Origin: Octopus bimaculoides
Lineage: Eukaryota
Reading direction: 5' to 3'
Length of the DNA stretch: 64,000 nt
Assembly: GCF_001194135.2 (NCBI RefSeq)
Contig: NC_068987.1
Location: 28,550,991 to 28,614,990 of the forward strand
This document shows positions 50,921 through 63,885 of the stretch, piece after piece; the first letter of the stretch is position 1, and the number at the start of each line of letters is the position of its first letter. Made by a program: the position numbers and the translations under genes. Under the pieces are notes generated by a model. The model saw nothing but the letters and a program-made list of their open reading frames with translations, ran no database searches and had not been told where the DNA came from.

Positions 50921-52915
50921 AGGAACCTAACTAGTGTAAAGAATCATATCCACTGAAAGCGAAAACAACTCAGTTTTCGAATACATAAAGGAAGAAACGC
51001 ACACACACACAGACCCACACACGCACGCACACAAACTTTCTTTTATATATATCAAAGTGTCCCTGTCGTTCTCTCTGTCTGTCACATACCCTGTCTCCTC
51101 CCAATCCCTGATATCAAACACCCTCATCATGCCACATTTCTCTGAACCGAACACTTTTGGAACACTCTCATTTTATCATGTAATATCCCAACCCCTGTAG
51201 TCGATCCATTATCGATTTTTATTGAAATCCAATTAGCCTATAATTGAACTGGATGTTAGTTCAACATGTATACACAGTGCGGTGGAGACAGCAAAATGGT
51301 AACAGAAAGACGGACAGACAGACAGACATGCAGAGGCAGAAATCGCTATTTATATATAAGATGTCTAGATATGCAACTATATGCATTGAGAAGACATACA
51401 TACAACAAAACACGTGTACTAACATACATACATACACATAAAGAAAGTTACTCTGCTGATGTTGTTGAAGTTCCAATGAAGGAGCCTTGGATCTAGTTTA
51501 GAAACTGCCTCTTACTATATTGGCAAGAAATCTTGAAATAAGAAGTACACAAATGGGGTTTGTACGTATGCAAAAAGATAAATACGTATAAGTAGTGTGT
51601 TTTTGGTATTAGAATAATATTGTAGTATTTCATCAGACCACTAGGTTGAAGTTAGTCTCACACTACCTATTTCTCAAATTAAGCTTGTCAACATCACTAC
51701 CGTCCAGTTGATATTAGTCTTGTATGTCTTAATGCCTATGGATACATTCTATCTATGAACTAGTCAAATATCGCTAATATTTTTATGTTAAGGAACTATA
51801 AATGCTTTGTGGGATATTATATTGTAAGAGGAAAGCTCTGGCAGCTATATTTGTTACAGCTATATTTGTTACGTATAGTATTATTTGCTTTCTCTCCATT
51901 CACAGACAGTTTGAGTGATATGCTATCATTAATATCTAGACATGCATACTATTCGGAAGGAAACGATAGAAAGAGACATTCTTGATGTAAAGCTTTGGTG
52001 TTCAGGAATCAATTTTTCTGCGTTCAACTACCAAATATGAAGATTTCTTTTGGACAAATTCCATTCCTGTATCAGCAGTAAACGTTGTTACTAAGGAAAG
52101 TATTTTCTCAACAGTGTAAATATTCCTAGTGTAGATATATTTAGCTCGTCTACAAAGAAATTATGGATTACTTTGGCGTCATTTGCTGTAGTAAAAGTGT
52201 ACTTTTGCCCAAGCACATAATCACAGGATTTTCGTAAAACAAATGACATTGGATTTTATGGCACAATAAAGAAAAGCACATTGGGACTGCTTCATTGCAA
52301 TATTCTCCCATTCACATCTACGCCCTTGTGTATGATTGTATGTGTATGTTTTGTGTATGTTTGTATTATATATATATAGCGAAAGAGAGAGAGTTAGAGA
52401 GATATCAACTGACTGGTAAATAGATTAGATAGCTAGAGGGAAAAAGACGGTGGGATAGACGGAGAGCGAGAGAGACACTTGTAATTATTTTGTGTTTGTG
52501 TTTTTATAAATGTGAGAAAACAATTGAACGCAAAGCTTCTTTCCCTAACATTAGCTAGATTTAGGATTGCAGAAATTTGTTTTCTGAAACGGGAGAATAA
52601 ACAATATTCAAACTTTAACTTCTTTCTAACAACGTTAATTAAAATTTGTCATTCGAACCAGAACAAACGTGAACCGCAATAATTTAGCCTCCCGCTAACG
52701 ATTTCTATTAAGTCCCACAGTGCTTAAATTTCTGAATATTACTTTAATGTTTAACAGATGATTGAAAATACGCTAAAATGAAAAAAAAAAAAAATTATTT
52801 AAAACTCCTTTACTTCAAGTAGAAATAGAAATACTCTAGGAAACTGAAACACTGTGATATAGCTTTCTTAATGTTCTCATTTAATGTCCTATTTATAGGA
52901 CAGTGGGACTTGCGC

Positions 52916-53130
52916 AAGGCAGTGAGTTGGCAGAAATGTTAGCTCGTCAGGCAAAATTCCCTGCGGCATTTCATATTTTTGCACCTTCGGGGGTTCGAAT
53001 GTTACCGGGATCGACCTTGCATTTCACCATTTAGGTTCCCATAAAATAAGTATCGCTTGAGCATTGGGGTAGATTGAATCAACTTACCCTCTCACCCGAG
53101 GCTGGTGGCCTTGTGGCATGTTCTGAAACT
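52916..53130 (+). mobile_element. SINE family B, diverged
   Basis: AAGGCAGTGAGTTGGCAGAAATGTTAGC, GGTTCGAAT, ATAAAATAAGTA, TGGCCTTGTG. Confidence 0.75.
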
Positions 53131-54026
53131 AATATCATTTGTAAAACTTTAAAAATGCTTTATAATAATTATGTCACTCTTCCACCAGACACCCATCTAG
53201 AAGATCAAAACAGTTTTATATAAGCTACAAACAATTTTATCTCACAGTTGGGAACACTCCTTCCCTCCTCAGTAAAACTCAGAGTAGGCTATAAACTTTT
53301 GATATACGTGTCCATGAGTTTGTGATTGTGTGCATGCACATATGTTTCTGTGTGTGTGTGCACGTGCACGTTTATGCTTGTATGCTACGGCTCTGATAAC
53401 AAATACTATTTCAGTGCAGTATTGTGAAAAAGTACAGTTGGATATCACAAACAGAGAATAAATACCTCAGCTATATCATACGTAATACTGTTGCATATCT
53501 AGCACTACTTCGAACATAATTCCGAGAGACAAAATGAGAGATAAAGAGACAGACAGAGAGTGCAAAAGTTAAAGAAGGGTTATGTATATGTATGTATACG
53601 CGAATATCATGGAGGAGAAATTCATTCTGCTGTTATCCATGTACCGCAAAGGATGTTTTTTTTTTTATCTCCGTTGTCTGCAAAATTAATTGCTATATTT
53701 CAATTAATAAAAGAACTACTTAATGTCAGGTGAGTAACATGGCTAAAATAAATGTTTCTTAATGTTTCCTGTACTTTTAAATCTAGGTGTAGTTCAACAA
53801 TGCAAGAGTCATAGGAATACATTTGAAAATTATCATTGAACATCGTTTCATTTCCTATGTTTCACCCTACTAACCCAATAACTTCTCTTCTAATCAGAGA
53901 TTACCATAGACACATGCAAGCACCAGTTTACATGCAGAGGTATATACTAGAACAGTACAATACCTATTCATCAATCAAGTTATCTCTCCCCTCACTCTTC
54001 ACTCCTCTTCCCCCTCTCTCTATTTA

Positions 54027-54259
54027 TAGGGTTTCACGAAATTAGGTTTACAGTTATTCAACTTTCTCTTTCGCATTCCTATATTAATAGTTTAGATCTT
54101 AATTAAAAAAAAAAAATGAATACATTATTCTATGCTAATTTAGTTAATTTTGTGAAGATCCCTTTTCAGTTTGTAAGCTAGAAATTTAAACGTAATAAAA
54201 TGTTTTCAAAGAAATTTAAAGTGCTTATGTGGTAACAGTAAACCTAATTTTGGGCCACC

Positions 54260-54262
<3 letters not shown>
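54027..54262. mobile_element. Tc1/mariner-derived MITE, 236 bp, TA target duplication
   Basis: Left TA-TAGGGTTTCACGAAATTAGGTTTACAG; right (reverse complement) TA-CAGGGTGGCCCAAAATTAGGTTTACTG; no coding capacity. Confidence 0.8.
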
Positions 54263-54295
<33 letters not shown>

Positions 54296-54297
<2 letters not shown>

Positions 54298-54357
54298 TTT
54301 ATTTTTGTTTTACTTCTTTCAGACATTTGACTGCGGCCATGCTGGAGCACCGATTTT
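54296..54357 (-). mobile_element. SINE family A, 3' tail fragment
   Basis: CATTTGACTGCGGCCATGCTGGAGCACCG. Confidence 0.8.
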
Positions 54358-54668
54358 CAAAGTATTGCACCGCCAGGTACGTACGCACGCACACACAAAC
54401 ACACACACACGCACACACACACTCACAAACAAACACACACACGCGCGCGCACACATACACACACACATATTCTGATCGAATCCACCGTGTGTTAACATGG
54501 GCCTCCTAACGACAATGTAAACTTCATTTAATCAAGATACCCATAGCCTTGAAGAGTAGCCTGCGGTATACATCTCCCTGGGATATTTACCACTTTTGAG
54601 GTTCCCCTTGCTATGAAGCATATGTAACCCAGGTTTTATCTACTCCATTCCTTAACTCTTGGATGTAT

Positions 54669-54714
<46 letters not shown>

Positions 54715-54757
54715 GTATTAAACATATCTATACGTATTTTTGTCTGGGTAAATAGTT

Positions 54758-54807
<50 letters not shown>

Positions 54808-54889
54808 TTTAAAAGAGTTCCATATGCACATATGAGTGAAAGACAGACAGACAGAGCGAAACAGAGGGACATAGAAATATACGTTTATG

Positions 54890-55140
54890 TGACCTTGTGT
54901 TTGTCCCCTGCCCGCCACTTGACAACCGTCACTCTCTTTGTGTTTATGCCCTACCCGCTACTCAACAACTGTCTCTCTCTTTTGCCGAACAGTCAAGTTG
55001 CGGGGACTTGACTGTTCGGCAAAAGAGAGAGACAGAATAAGTACCAGGCTTCCAAAACATGTGCTGAGTCGATTCATCGGACTAAACATTTCTTAAATGT
55101 AGCGCTACATTATGACTAATGTCTAATGACTGAAACGGGT
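54890..55140 (+). mobile_element. SINE family A 3' half, rearranged (tandem and inverted duplications)
   Basis: GTGTTTGTCCCC...CTTGACAACCG, TTCGGCAAAAGAG, GAATAAGTACCAGGCTT, GTCGATT...GACTAAA, AATGACTGAAAC. Confidence 0.75.
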
Positions 55141-55147
55141 AAACCTA

Positions 55148-55312
55148 ATCCTGGACGGGACAACAGTCCATCGCAGGATTGCTCATTTTTGACGGTTCAG
55201 TAGACTGCAGCGATGGGAAATGAACTCAACGCTCAAGAAGATAATTTATTGCCCACTTCAGGAACGAAACGACAGTCTTACTATGAATGTAACACACTAA
55301 CTGCTAAGCAAC
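55148..55312 (-). mobile_element. SINE family D with V-SINE-like core
   Basis: Minus strand CCTGCGATGGACTG...CCCGTCCAGG resembles the V-domain of V-SINEs; degenerate CORE-like and tRNA-like head upstream. Confidence 0.55.
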
Positions 55313-55973
55313 GTACCTCAACATATAGACACGCACCCGCGCTCACAGACATAATGTATTTGTACACACACGAACACGCACATAAATATACAAACGTATA
55401 AACATTCGTACGTACACCCATACACACCCGCATGCACACACATACATACATACATATCTACATACATACACACATACATACATACATCTTTCGCCATTTC
55501 TTCATTATTTCCCTTTGATTTGCTTTCTTCTTACATCTCCTTTTGTCGACGTTTATACATTTCTTGCTTTAATAACAATCATTTGTTGAATTTTTAAAGG
55601 ATTAATGGAATGTAAATTTAATTCTAGTCGATATCTTGCAAATATAGAAATGTGAAATGATTGATGTTTTCCCTTTTTTGTGAATAAGCCGAGTAATCTG
55701 TATGTGTGTCATGGTTGTTCTTCTTTTTTTCCAACATTATTATTTTCTTATTAATATTTTAATGAAGATCTGATCATTGATGTTTTTATGTGGGATTAAG
55801 CTGTCTTGTCATTAGTAAAGTAACTTGTAATATATTCTGTGAAACTTTTCAAGTCCGGAATCCAATTCTTCTTTTGTTTGTATGACAAAGATGTTCTTCA
55901 TAGTTTTGTCTTTAGTGATCGCTCGTTTTTCGCGTTGCTTTCCTTTTGCTGGATTACGTTTCTCACTTTTGTA

Positions 55974-56105
55974 GCAGAAGCAGCAGAAGCAGCAGAAGCA
56001 GCAGAAGCAGCAGAAGCAGCAGAAGCAGCAGAAGCAGCAGCCACAGCAGCAACATAAGCAGCAGCAGCAGCAGCAACAACAAAAGCAGCAGCAGCAGCAG
56101 TAGTA
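55974..56105. repeat. 9-bp (GCAGAAGCA)n minisatellite grading into (CAG)n
   Basis: About seven near-perfect 9-mer units. Confidence 0.95.
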
Positions 56106-56821
56106 GCAGTTTTTGTTTTTGTTGTTTTTTTTATTGCTTTAGCACTGGTTCTTCTCTGATATAGCAAATCTGGGACCAGATTACATAGCCTGTTGACGCT
56201 TTATGTGAATCGCTGACAACATTTTCTATTGTATTAACTAGTGTATAAGATAGCAGTTGTTTCATTTGAGAGATATGTATATTTGCTATTGTAGTAGTGC
56301 AAGCGAACAAGTAGACACGCCTCTGTTATTTCGTCTATTGGCTAGGACTCCCTGTAGTATTTTTTTTTATATAGCTTGTATACAAANNNNNNNNNNGTAG
56401 TATTTTTTTTTATATAGCTTGTATACAAAATTTAGTCGAGTACCCATGGTAGCAAATTCGATGACGACAGCTGTCAACCCAACGAAAGAACGTGTACGCA
56501 GTCAATCAATTAGCTAGTAGTATTCGTATTTTATTTGCTTCAGAAGTTCCTCTAACTGCGGGTAAGGCAGAATTGTCTTTGTAGTTGTTTAGGACGAAAA
56601 GAACAGAAAAGAAAAAAAGAAATTAGGTACAATCAGAGGCAATATGCTGCTATCTGGATGTGAATATTTCTTTCAAAAGAAAGAGAATATTTATGGATAG
56701 CGTTACATAAATCTTCAACTTCTCTACACGTTTTATAAATCCCATTTCAATCGTTAGTTATTATTGCACTGGGTTATGTTAGTAATCAGCATTTTAGGTG
56801 TTAAATTTTGAAGGATATAAA

Positions 56822-57298
56822 TTAGGTTGTCCGAAACGTTCTGAGCGTTTATAAGCTTAATTATTTAATGATTCATTGAACACTCTTGAAACGTAACACA
56901 CTTAAAACTTTGGCGTTGCTTGATATAGTAGTGCATCTCTTCTTTGTTCTGACTAAAAATAATTTTGTCTTTCATTCCGGTTACCCTCTATTGATATTTG
57001 AGATGGACAACCAAATATTTCATTGTAATGCTTTCCTTTCTTGCAAAATGGAGAAAATACTGCAATGACTTGCAAAAACTTTGTCTAGTTTATGGTGATG
57101 ATGTTGTAGTCGAATGAACTATTCAACAGGCTATTTGCAAAATTTAAAGCTGGAAAGTTTAGCTTGGAGGATGACAGTCGCAGTGGAAGACCTTCAAAAT
57201 TAGATGAAGATGCTTTGAAGGCAAAATCGAGGAAACTTGAATATCATGTCTAGAGAACTTGCAGAGGAGTTGGAAATTTCTAAAAGTACAGCTGTAAT
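56822..57298 (+). mobile_element. Mariner (DD34D-type) relic: left TIR plus N-terminal HTH of transposase, ending at a (TTA)n tract
   Basis: TTAGGTTGTCCGAAA TIR-like start; KKLCLVYGDD, FAKFKAGKFSLEDDSRSGRPSKLDEDALKA, SRELAEELEISKST. Confidence 0.85.
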
Positions 57299-57299
57299 C

Positions 57300-57363
<64 letters not shown>

Positions 57364-57367
57364 TATT

Positions 57368-57901
57368 CCGTAGTCTAATTCTTATCAAGAGCTTTCACTT
57401 CACTACCGAGCGCAGCTCTGTGTAGCTTGAGTACGTGCTGTGGTTTGTTGTTATGCTTTTATTATTATTGTATTGAAAGTGTTTTACGTAGGATGTGTGT
57501 GATGCCTAGTAGTACTAATTTCTGCTTCTTATATATACTTGTTAGTCCTGGTGTTTTCGTTATGCATTTGTCTGAATATTTTTTTTATCATACCTAACAA
57601 TGATAGGAAGGGTTTATGTTTGTAGACTCCACATTCGAGTTACCTCAATTTCCAGGTTTTCTCATTCCTTGTCATCTGTTGGTATTGATACATCGATTAG
57701 AAAGTATTTTTTTATTATCATGATGATCTCTGACAACTATATCCGGCGTATTGGCCTTAATTTCCCAATCTGTGTATATTGGCATATCCCATAGCATGGT
57801 TACTTTCTCATTTTTGTGTGACCTTTTCTGGCGCGGGCTTATACCATCGTTTTTCTGTTGTTATTCTGTAGTGTTGGCATAGCTTCCAGTGTATACAGAT
57901 C

Positions 57902-57902
<1 letters not shown>
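57368..57902 (-). mobile_element. R4/Dong-clade LINE 3' end (endonuclease domain plus 3' UTR), flanked by (TAA)n on both sides
   Basis: HWKLCQHY...WYKPAPEKV, MLWDMPIYTDWEIKANTPDIVV, FLIDVSIP, QKLVLLGITHILRKTLSI; repeats at 57299-57367 and 57903-57971. Confidence 0.9.
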
Positions 57903-57975
<73 letters not shown>

Positions 57976-58049
57976 TATTGCAATTTTTTGTGAGCTCAAA
58001 TACCGCCAATCCATTTTGCCTTTAATCCCTTAGAAGTAGATTTAATAAT

Positions 58050-58350
58050 TACCAGTTTAGCACTGATGTCGATGGAATCGATTTACTCCCCTCGCCCGAA
58101 ATTGCTGACCTTGTGTCAAAATTTGAAGCCAATATTTCTACTGACGATAAGACCCTGAGTTGGCAGATTCATTAGCCCAACAGGAAAAATGCTTAACAAC
58201 ATTACGCCCGTCTTTACTTTCTGAACCGATGTCGACTTTGCCTTTCATTCTCTCAGCATCGATAAAATAAGTACCAGCTGGACACTGGTGTTGATGTAAT
58301 CGTCTTACATCCCCACAAAATTGCTGGCCTCACGCCAAAATTCGAAACCA
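58050..58350 (+). mobile_element. SINE family B: 3' fragment (58050-58130) plus fuller copy (58155-58350)
   Basis: GTTGGCAGATTCATTAGC, GTCGACTTTGCCTTTCAT, CGATAAAATAAGTACCAG, CCAAAATTCGAAACC. Confidence 0.85.
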
Positions 58351-59338
58351 GCATTACTAGTAAGGATACATTACCTCTCGATTTACGAATTAGTTATTAT
58401 GTCGGTTTATCATATTCTATTACTCCTACTACTAATGCTGACGTAACACTTCTTCTAGCAACAGCAGTTAAAGTATATGTCATTATCAGAAGATATTTGA
58501 GCTAAAACTGTTTCACTCATGAAATTCGTAACTCGTTCTATGAAGTTGTCAATCGCTTGCCTAGCAACCACGTTTCCGACGCTCAATAAAGCACCTGCGA
58601 TCCAATAATCTCAAATTCTATTTTACGGTTTGTTTCTGTTGCTTTATCACGCTAATGGAATTAAAGAAACCACAGGATTGTTTCATAGATAAAAAAAAGG
58701 AATGTACTTTCTTTACCTCATAAAACACTAAATTATGGTCGTCCAATAACACTGAACCATCTGCACCGCTTAGCAGTTGCAATTATTTCTATCATGGATA
58801 GTCACTCGAATGAATCTAAAACCTTATTTACTCATCCATCACCAACCTTTAAAAATATGCTGCAGATATATTTCTTAAAATAGTGACAACTCTGATTCCT
58901 ATAACTACCAATCCATCGCTCCCATTTTCAATCTCTCAACCTTCTCTTGTTTCACCAGATTGAATATCCTCTCCTACACACGTACCAGCTATATCTAATG
59001 TAATTATGCTCCCTTACATTTAGGATCTTTTATTACATGATTTTGAAAACAGCAATGTTAAATGTTTTAACGCCAGAAAACTGGCTACCAAAGCTGATAT
59101 GCGAAACATCTTAGTAAGTTTCTCACACACGCATTCAATCCGGGACGCATTTGATGGATCAGAAGTTCCCTGTCGAATCTCAGCTTTTAGAGGTTGTACC
59201 GACCAGATTCTCTTCAAACCTCCCTTAGTAATTTTATGCAAACTGATGACATTGCGTAAGACATGAACAAGATCATTGCAATCGTCTTTCATTACATTAC
59301 CTCCGCTTAGATCAAAAATACATCACAAAAATACATAC

Positions 59339-59391
<53 letters not shown>

Positions 59392-60631
59392 GGATGGTCA
59401 TGTTGCCAGTTTAAACAGTAATATTTAACATTTTCTCACTTTCACTTTCTCACATACTGCTCTTTACAATCTCTGTAAAACACCGAGTACTGTGATATTT
59501 TTCTCAAACCGAACAATGTTATCGAAAGAAGCACATACATTGTGGCATGTTTAGGGATTTATAACTTTTCAAGGTCATCTAAAACTTTCTTCTAAACATG
59601 TGAAGGTGACTGTGCTTATATAAGCAGCCAAGTTGTGAGTATTCATCCTAGTTTATTACTACGCTTAGATGAGATCTGCAAGCAATATCTACGTTTTCAT
59701 GATTTACAAAAATTTATTTATTTAATCGTTATTGATATATTAATATTATTATTCATTTTGTCCATTGATTATTTTCATCTTCCCTCTTTTCCTCTCTGTA
59801 ATTAATTTTATGATTGAACAAGTCAATTAGAATTTCATATATACATATGTGTGTGCATGTGTAAGTATATAGAAAGAGAGCGAGAGAGAAGAAGCGAAGG
59901 GGAGATAAAAAAGACAGTGATATACTTAAAAGTAACTGGCCGCAATAAAAAGAAATGCTATAGGAGAACTTAAGAGAGGGTGAAAGAAATGGGGGAAGGA
60001 AAATAAATATATGAAGGAGAGAAAGAGTGAGAGCGAGATGAAAAAGAGAGACAAGAGATAGAATAGAACTGCATTTTTGATATAGAAGACAAAATGTCTA
60101 AACTCCTGACCAGTAAAATGTATCTGATGGGATACATGATACGTATTTCAATTTTATTATTTATGTTACTGTTTTTGCATTTAGCCATAAAATCCATATA
60201 CAAAATTTATAAGAACCACACGCATACATAAATACAAAAAATCATTTACATGTGAATATGTACATATGTATGTGTGTATTTGTACGTAAGAATACATAAC
60301 CGTGCATATATTATATATATGTGTGTGTGTGTGTGTAAGGCTTATGATATACTTATAATATTTATATAATTGGCTTTAATATTCCTTTCCCCAACTTTTT
60401 TCAAGATATGTATAATGTTTGCTTGGTTGTGTGCGTGTATATACATATATGGGCGCACGCATGTGTTTGTATGTGCGCGTGTCTTTTGATGTGTGGGTGT
60501 GGGTGTGGGTATGGATGTGCGTGGGGGTGAATATCTGTAACTGCATATATATAAGCAATATTTATTGCTTATATATTATATATATAATCATACATACAAG
60601 CATAAACATATATATATATGCATGGATGTAC

Positions 60632-60679
<48 letters not shown>

Positions 60680-63203
60680 NNNNNNNNNNNNNNNNNNNNN
60701 NNNNNNNNNNNNNNNNNNNNNNNNNNNNNNNNNNNNNNNNNNNNNNNNNNNNNNNNNNNNNNNNNNNNNNNNNNNNNNNNNNNNNNNNNNNNNNNNNNNN
60801 NNNNNNNNNNNNNNNNNNNNNNNNNNNNNNNNNNNNNNNNNNNNNNNNNNNNNNNNNNNNNNNNNNNNNNNNNNNNNNNNNNNNNNNNNNNNNNNNNNNN
60901 NNNNNNNNNNNNNNNNNNNNNNNNNNNNNNNNNNNNNNNNNNNNNNNNNNNNNNNNNNNNNNNNNNNNNNNNNNNNNNNNNNNNNNNNNNNNNNNNNNNN
61001 NNNNNNNNNNNNNNNNNNNNNNNNNNNNNNNNNNNNNNNNNNNNNNNNNNNNNNNNNNNNNNNNNNNNNNNNNNNNNNNNNNNNNNNNNNNNNNNNNNNN
61101 NNNNNNNNNNNNNNNNNNNNNNNNNNNNNNNNNNNNNNNNNNNNNNNNNNNNNNNNNNNNNNNNNNNNNNNNNNNNNNNNTATATAAGCACACGCGTGCA
61201 CACACACACATATACATGCGTGGTACATCTGTGTTTTAACTGTGTATGAATATAAACAAGTATGTGAGCGGATGTGTCTGTGTATATGCTTATATGAGTT
61301 TGTCCCATTGTCCCCAAGTGAGTGTTTATATCTGTATTTTTATATAGATGTGTATGTTTTGTGCGTAAAACAAGACAGAAATTGTATACACAAGTAAGCA
61401 GATACAAACCAAAACATTCCAAATCTGTTGATTCTAAATTAGATTAGTAGCTAACATAGAGTTATTTAATCAATATCTCTTTTGAATCACAGCCACTTTG
61501 GAAGGATGGTCGATGTTGTGGTCCCTATCTCTCTTTTCGTTATTTTATTTTACTTATTCTTATATATATGTAAAGAACTGTTTTTGTTTGCAGAGGTCAT
61601 TTTATTAAAACCTCTAGCGTAGCTGCCTTATAATAAATAATTCCTAACAATTATTTATTCAAAACATGCTCTCAACTTGTCTGCTTGCTCTGAAGACATA
61701 CTTTAACAGGAATTTTGGAGATATCAAATTATTTCTCAACAATTTGTTTCTTCTTATTCAATTAATCCCAAAACTTCATCATCAGCCATCTTTGCAGAAA
61801 CATTTAGTGCTGCAATGGATATTGCTGTATGAAAAATGTATATTTCTGGCTTGATATCTGACAGGAGACGAATGCACCATTAATTACCTATGAGTCACTG
61901 CTTATAGTTGAAATATTTACTACTACTATGACCAGAGGTTATCGGTTATGGAATGTACTTATAAATACTCTCTCCTGGTGTAACTAGAGACATCGTAGCT
62001 AGTTGTACATATACTAACATTCATTGGTTAAACAGTCTACCATGATGGTTCAATAATTCAACTTTGAAAGCCGCAACATAAAATATAATTTAATATAATG
62101 GCACCTTCCACAAAGCATGAAATAAATATAAAATATATGTTAAATAAAAGCAGTCATTCTTTGCATATCGATGTAATAGTGGAAATAATCCCTTGGATGA
62201 TACATGTTATTGCACTGTTGACGTAAATTCTACTCAATAATCAGTTTCTATATTCTATTCTCATATAAAATTTAACATCAAACCGAAAGTTTAAAAATAT
62301 TCTTTGAGAGATTATCTCCTACAAAATATAATCTGTAATATTTGAATCCATATAAGAGATTTATACATTGCTTTGAACTCCTAAAGGAGATGGAAAGGCT
62401 GGATTAGCTGCTCTTGATATACAATTATGAAATCGCTACATAATGCATTTTAAATGCGAATTCGCTGCATCAGTTCTGAATAAATTGTCTTTATATGTCT
62501 TTAATAATGACATTGTGTCACTCCTTCATCCTGCCAACTATTGCTCCTTATTAAATTTCCCTACGTGGCTTCTAGCCTTCTATCATTCTTTCATCTTTCT
62601 AATGTTCAATCTCTTATTATTAGAGCACCTTTTCCTCACTCGGTTAAAAGATTTGTTTACAATATATCCAATTTGGTAAACTATTGTGCTGAGTTCAAAT
62701 TCGACTAATATAAATTTCAATTAAGCACATTCTTGTATAGGAAATATTGATCAGGTATCTATTTAAACAATTAATCACTTCGCCCTGTGGAATATACTCA
62801 ATGAACTGAAGAACGAATAAGCAATACGAAAAATTTTATAGACAAAAATCTATAATTCATAAAACAACTGAATATAAGTATGCATATAACTGTTTCCATG
62901 CCAAAATAATATGGGTTCAAAATTGCACTCAAAATCAATAGAAACACTTAACAGTTTTAAATATAATGTGCCTTAGTTACACATCATATTTATATTCGCA
63001 TGGATACAAAATGAATAATGTTTTCTTTTTTTGTGAAAATAAATCAATGATGGTGTGAAAATACGCAATATCTGTGTCGAACATTTCAATTTATCACTGT
63101 TCAACTTAGAATATCTCCATAAAAAAAAGTAACGACTACCGGTATGATGATATTTATGAATATTTAAAACAACACATACACACACACACGCAGACGCACG
63201 CAG

Positions 63204-63246
<43 letters not shown>

Positions 63247-63717
63247 TTTATATATATATATTTGTTTCTGTTCGTGCGTGTGTGTGTGTGTCTGTGTGAT
63301 TGTTTATTAGTGTATGTGTGTGTGTATGTATGTCTGTGCGTGTATTAAAATATGTATGCAAGTGCGTGTGCACTGCTGGATGCGCTTATACAGATGCTGT
63401 CTTATATGGTATTTGATATATATATATATATTTCGTTTTTATTTTCTAATTCATATCATTCTGAATTATTTGTCTTCGGCAATTTTGATTTCAGTTCTGC
63501 ACACTACACTAGGGCACAAATGAGCTCTGTGTTCTTATAGTAAGGCAATTAATATGGGGGTTGGATTTCTTATTGCATCACTGTAAACAGCTGGTTGGCA
63601 ACCTTAAGCAAGGCACAAAGAAATCTATGCCGTATTTACGGGTTTTCAGATGTACTTTGTGGAATGTGTGGTGCAGAGAAAGTAGCGTTATCTTCGTTTT
63701 ATTTTGTATCTGTTTTG

Positions 63718-63885
63718 AGCAGTGGGTATGGCTGTGTGGTAATTATTTCGGTTTTCCAGTACATGCTTTGAGGTTCAGATTCACTAGGCAGCACCTTGTG
63801 AAAGTGTATTCCCCTGTAAATTCAGTTTATGTTGGAATTTAATCACAATACTTGGTAAGTGAATTTGGTAAACGGAAAATCTGTG
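63718..63885 (+). mobile_element. SINE family A 5' half, diverged
   Basis: GGCTGTGTGGTAA...GGTTCAG...GCACCTTG.GAAAGTGT...GTGAATTTGGTAAACGGAAA, then microsatellite. Confidence 0.7.

Noticed and set aside
51455-51510. CCAATGA...GAAAC hammerhead-like spacing
   Set aside because: Two invariant core positions differ and stems are unconvincing.
55839-56167. AEA-repeat ORF resembling an Ala-rich antifreeze peptide
   Set aside because: Pure 9-bp minisatellite open in several frames, with no signal peptide or splice context.
56354-56430. Exact direct repeat around a 10-N gap
   Set aside because: Same scaffolding artefact.
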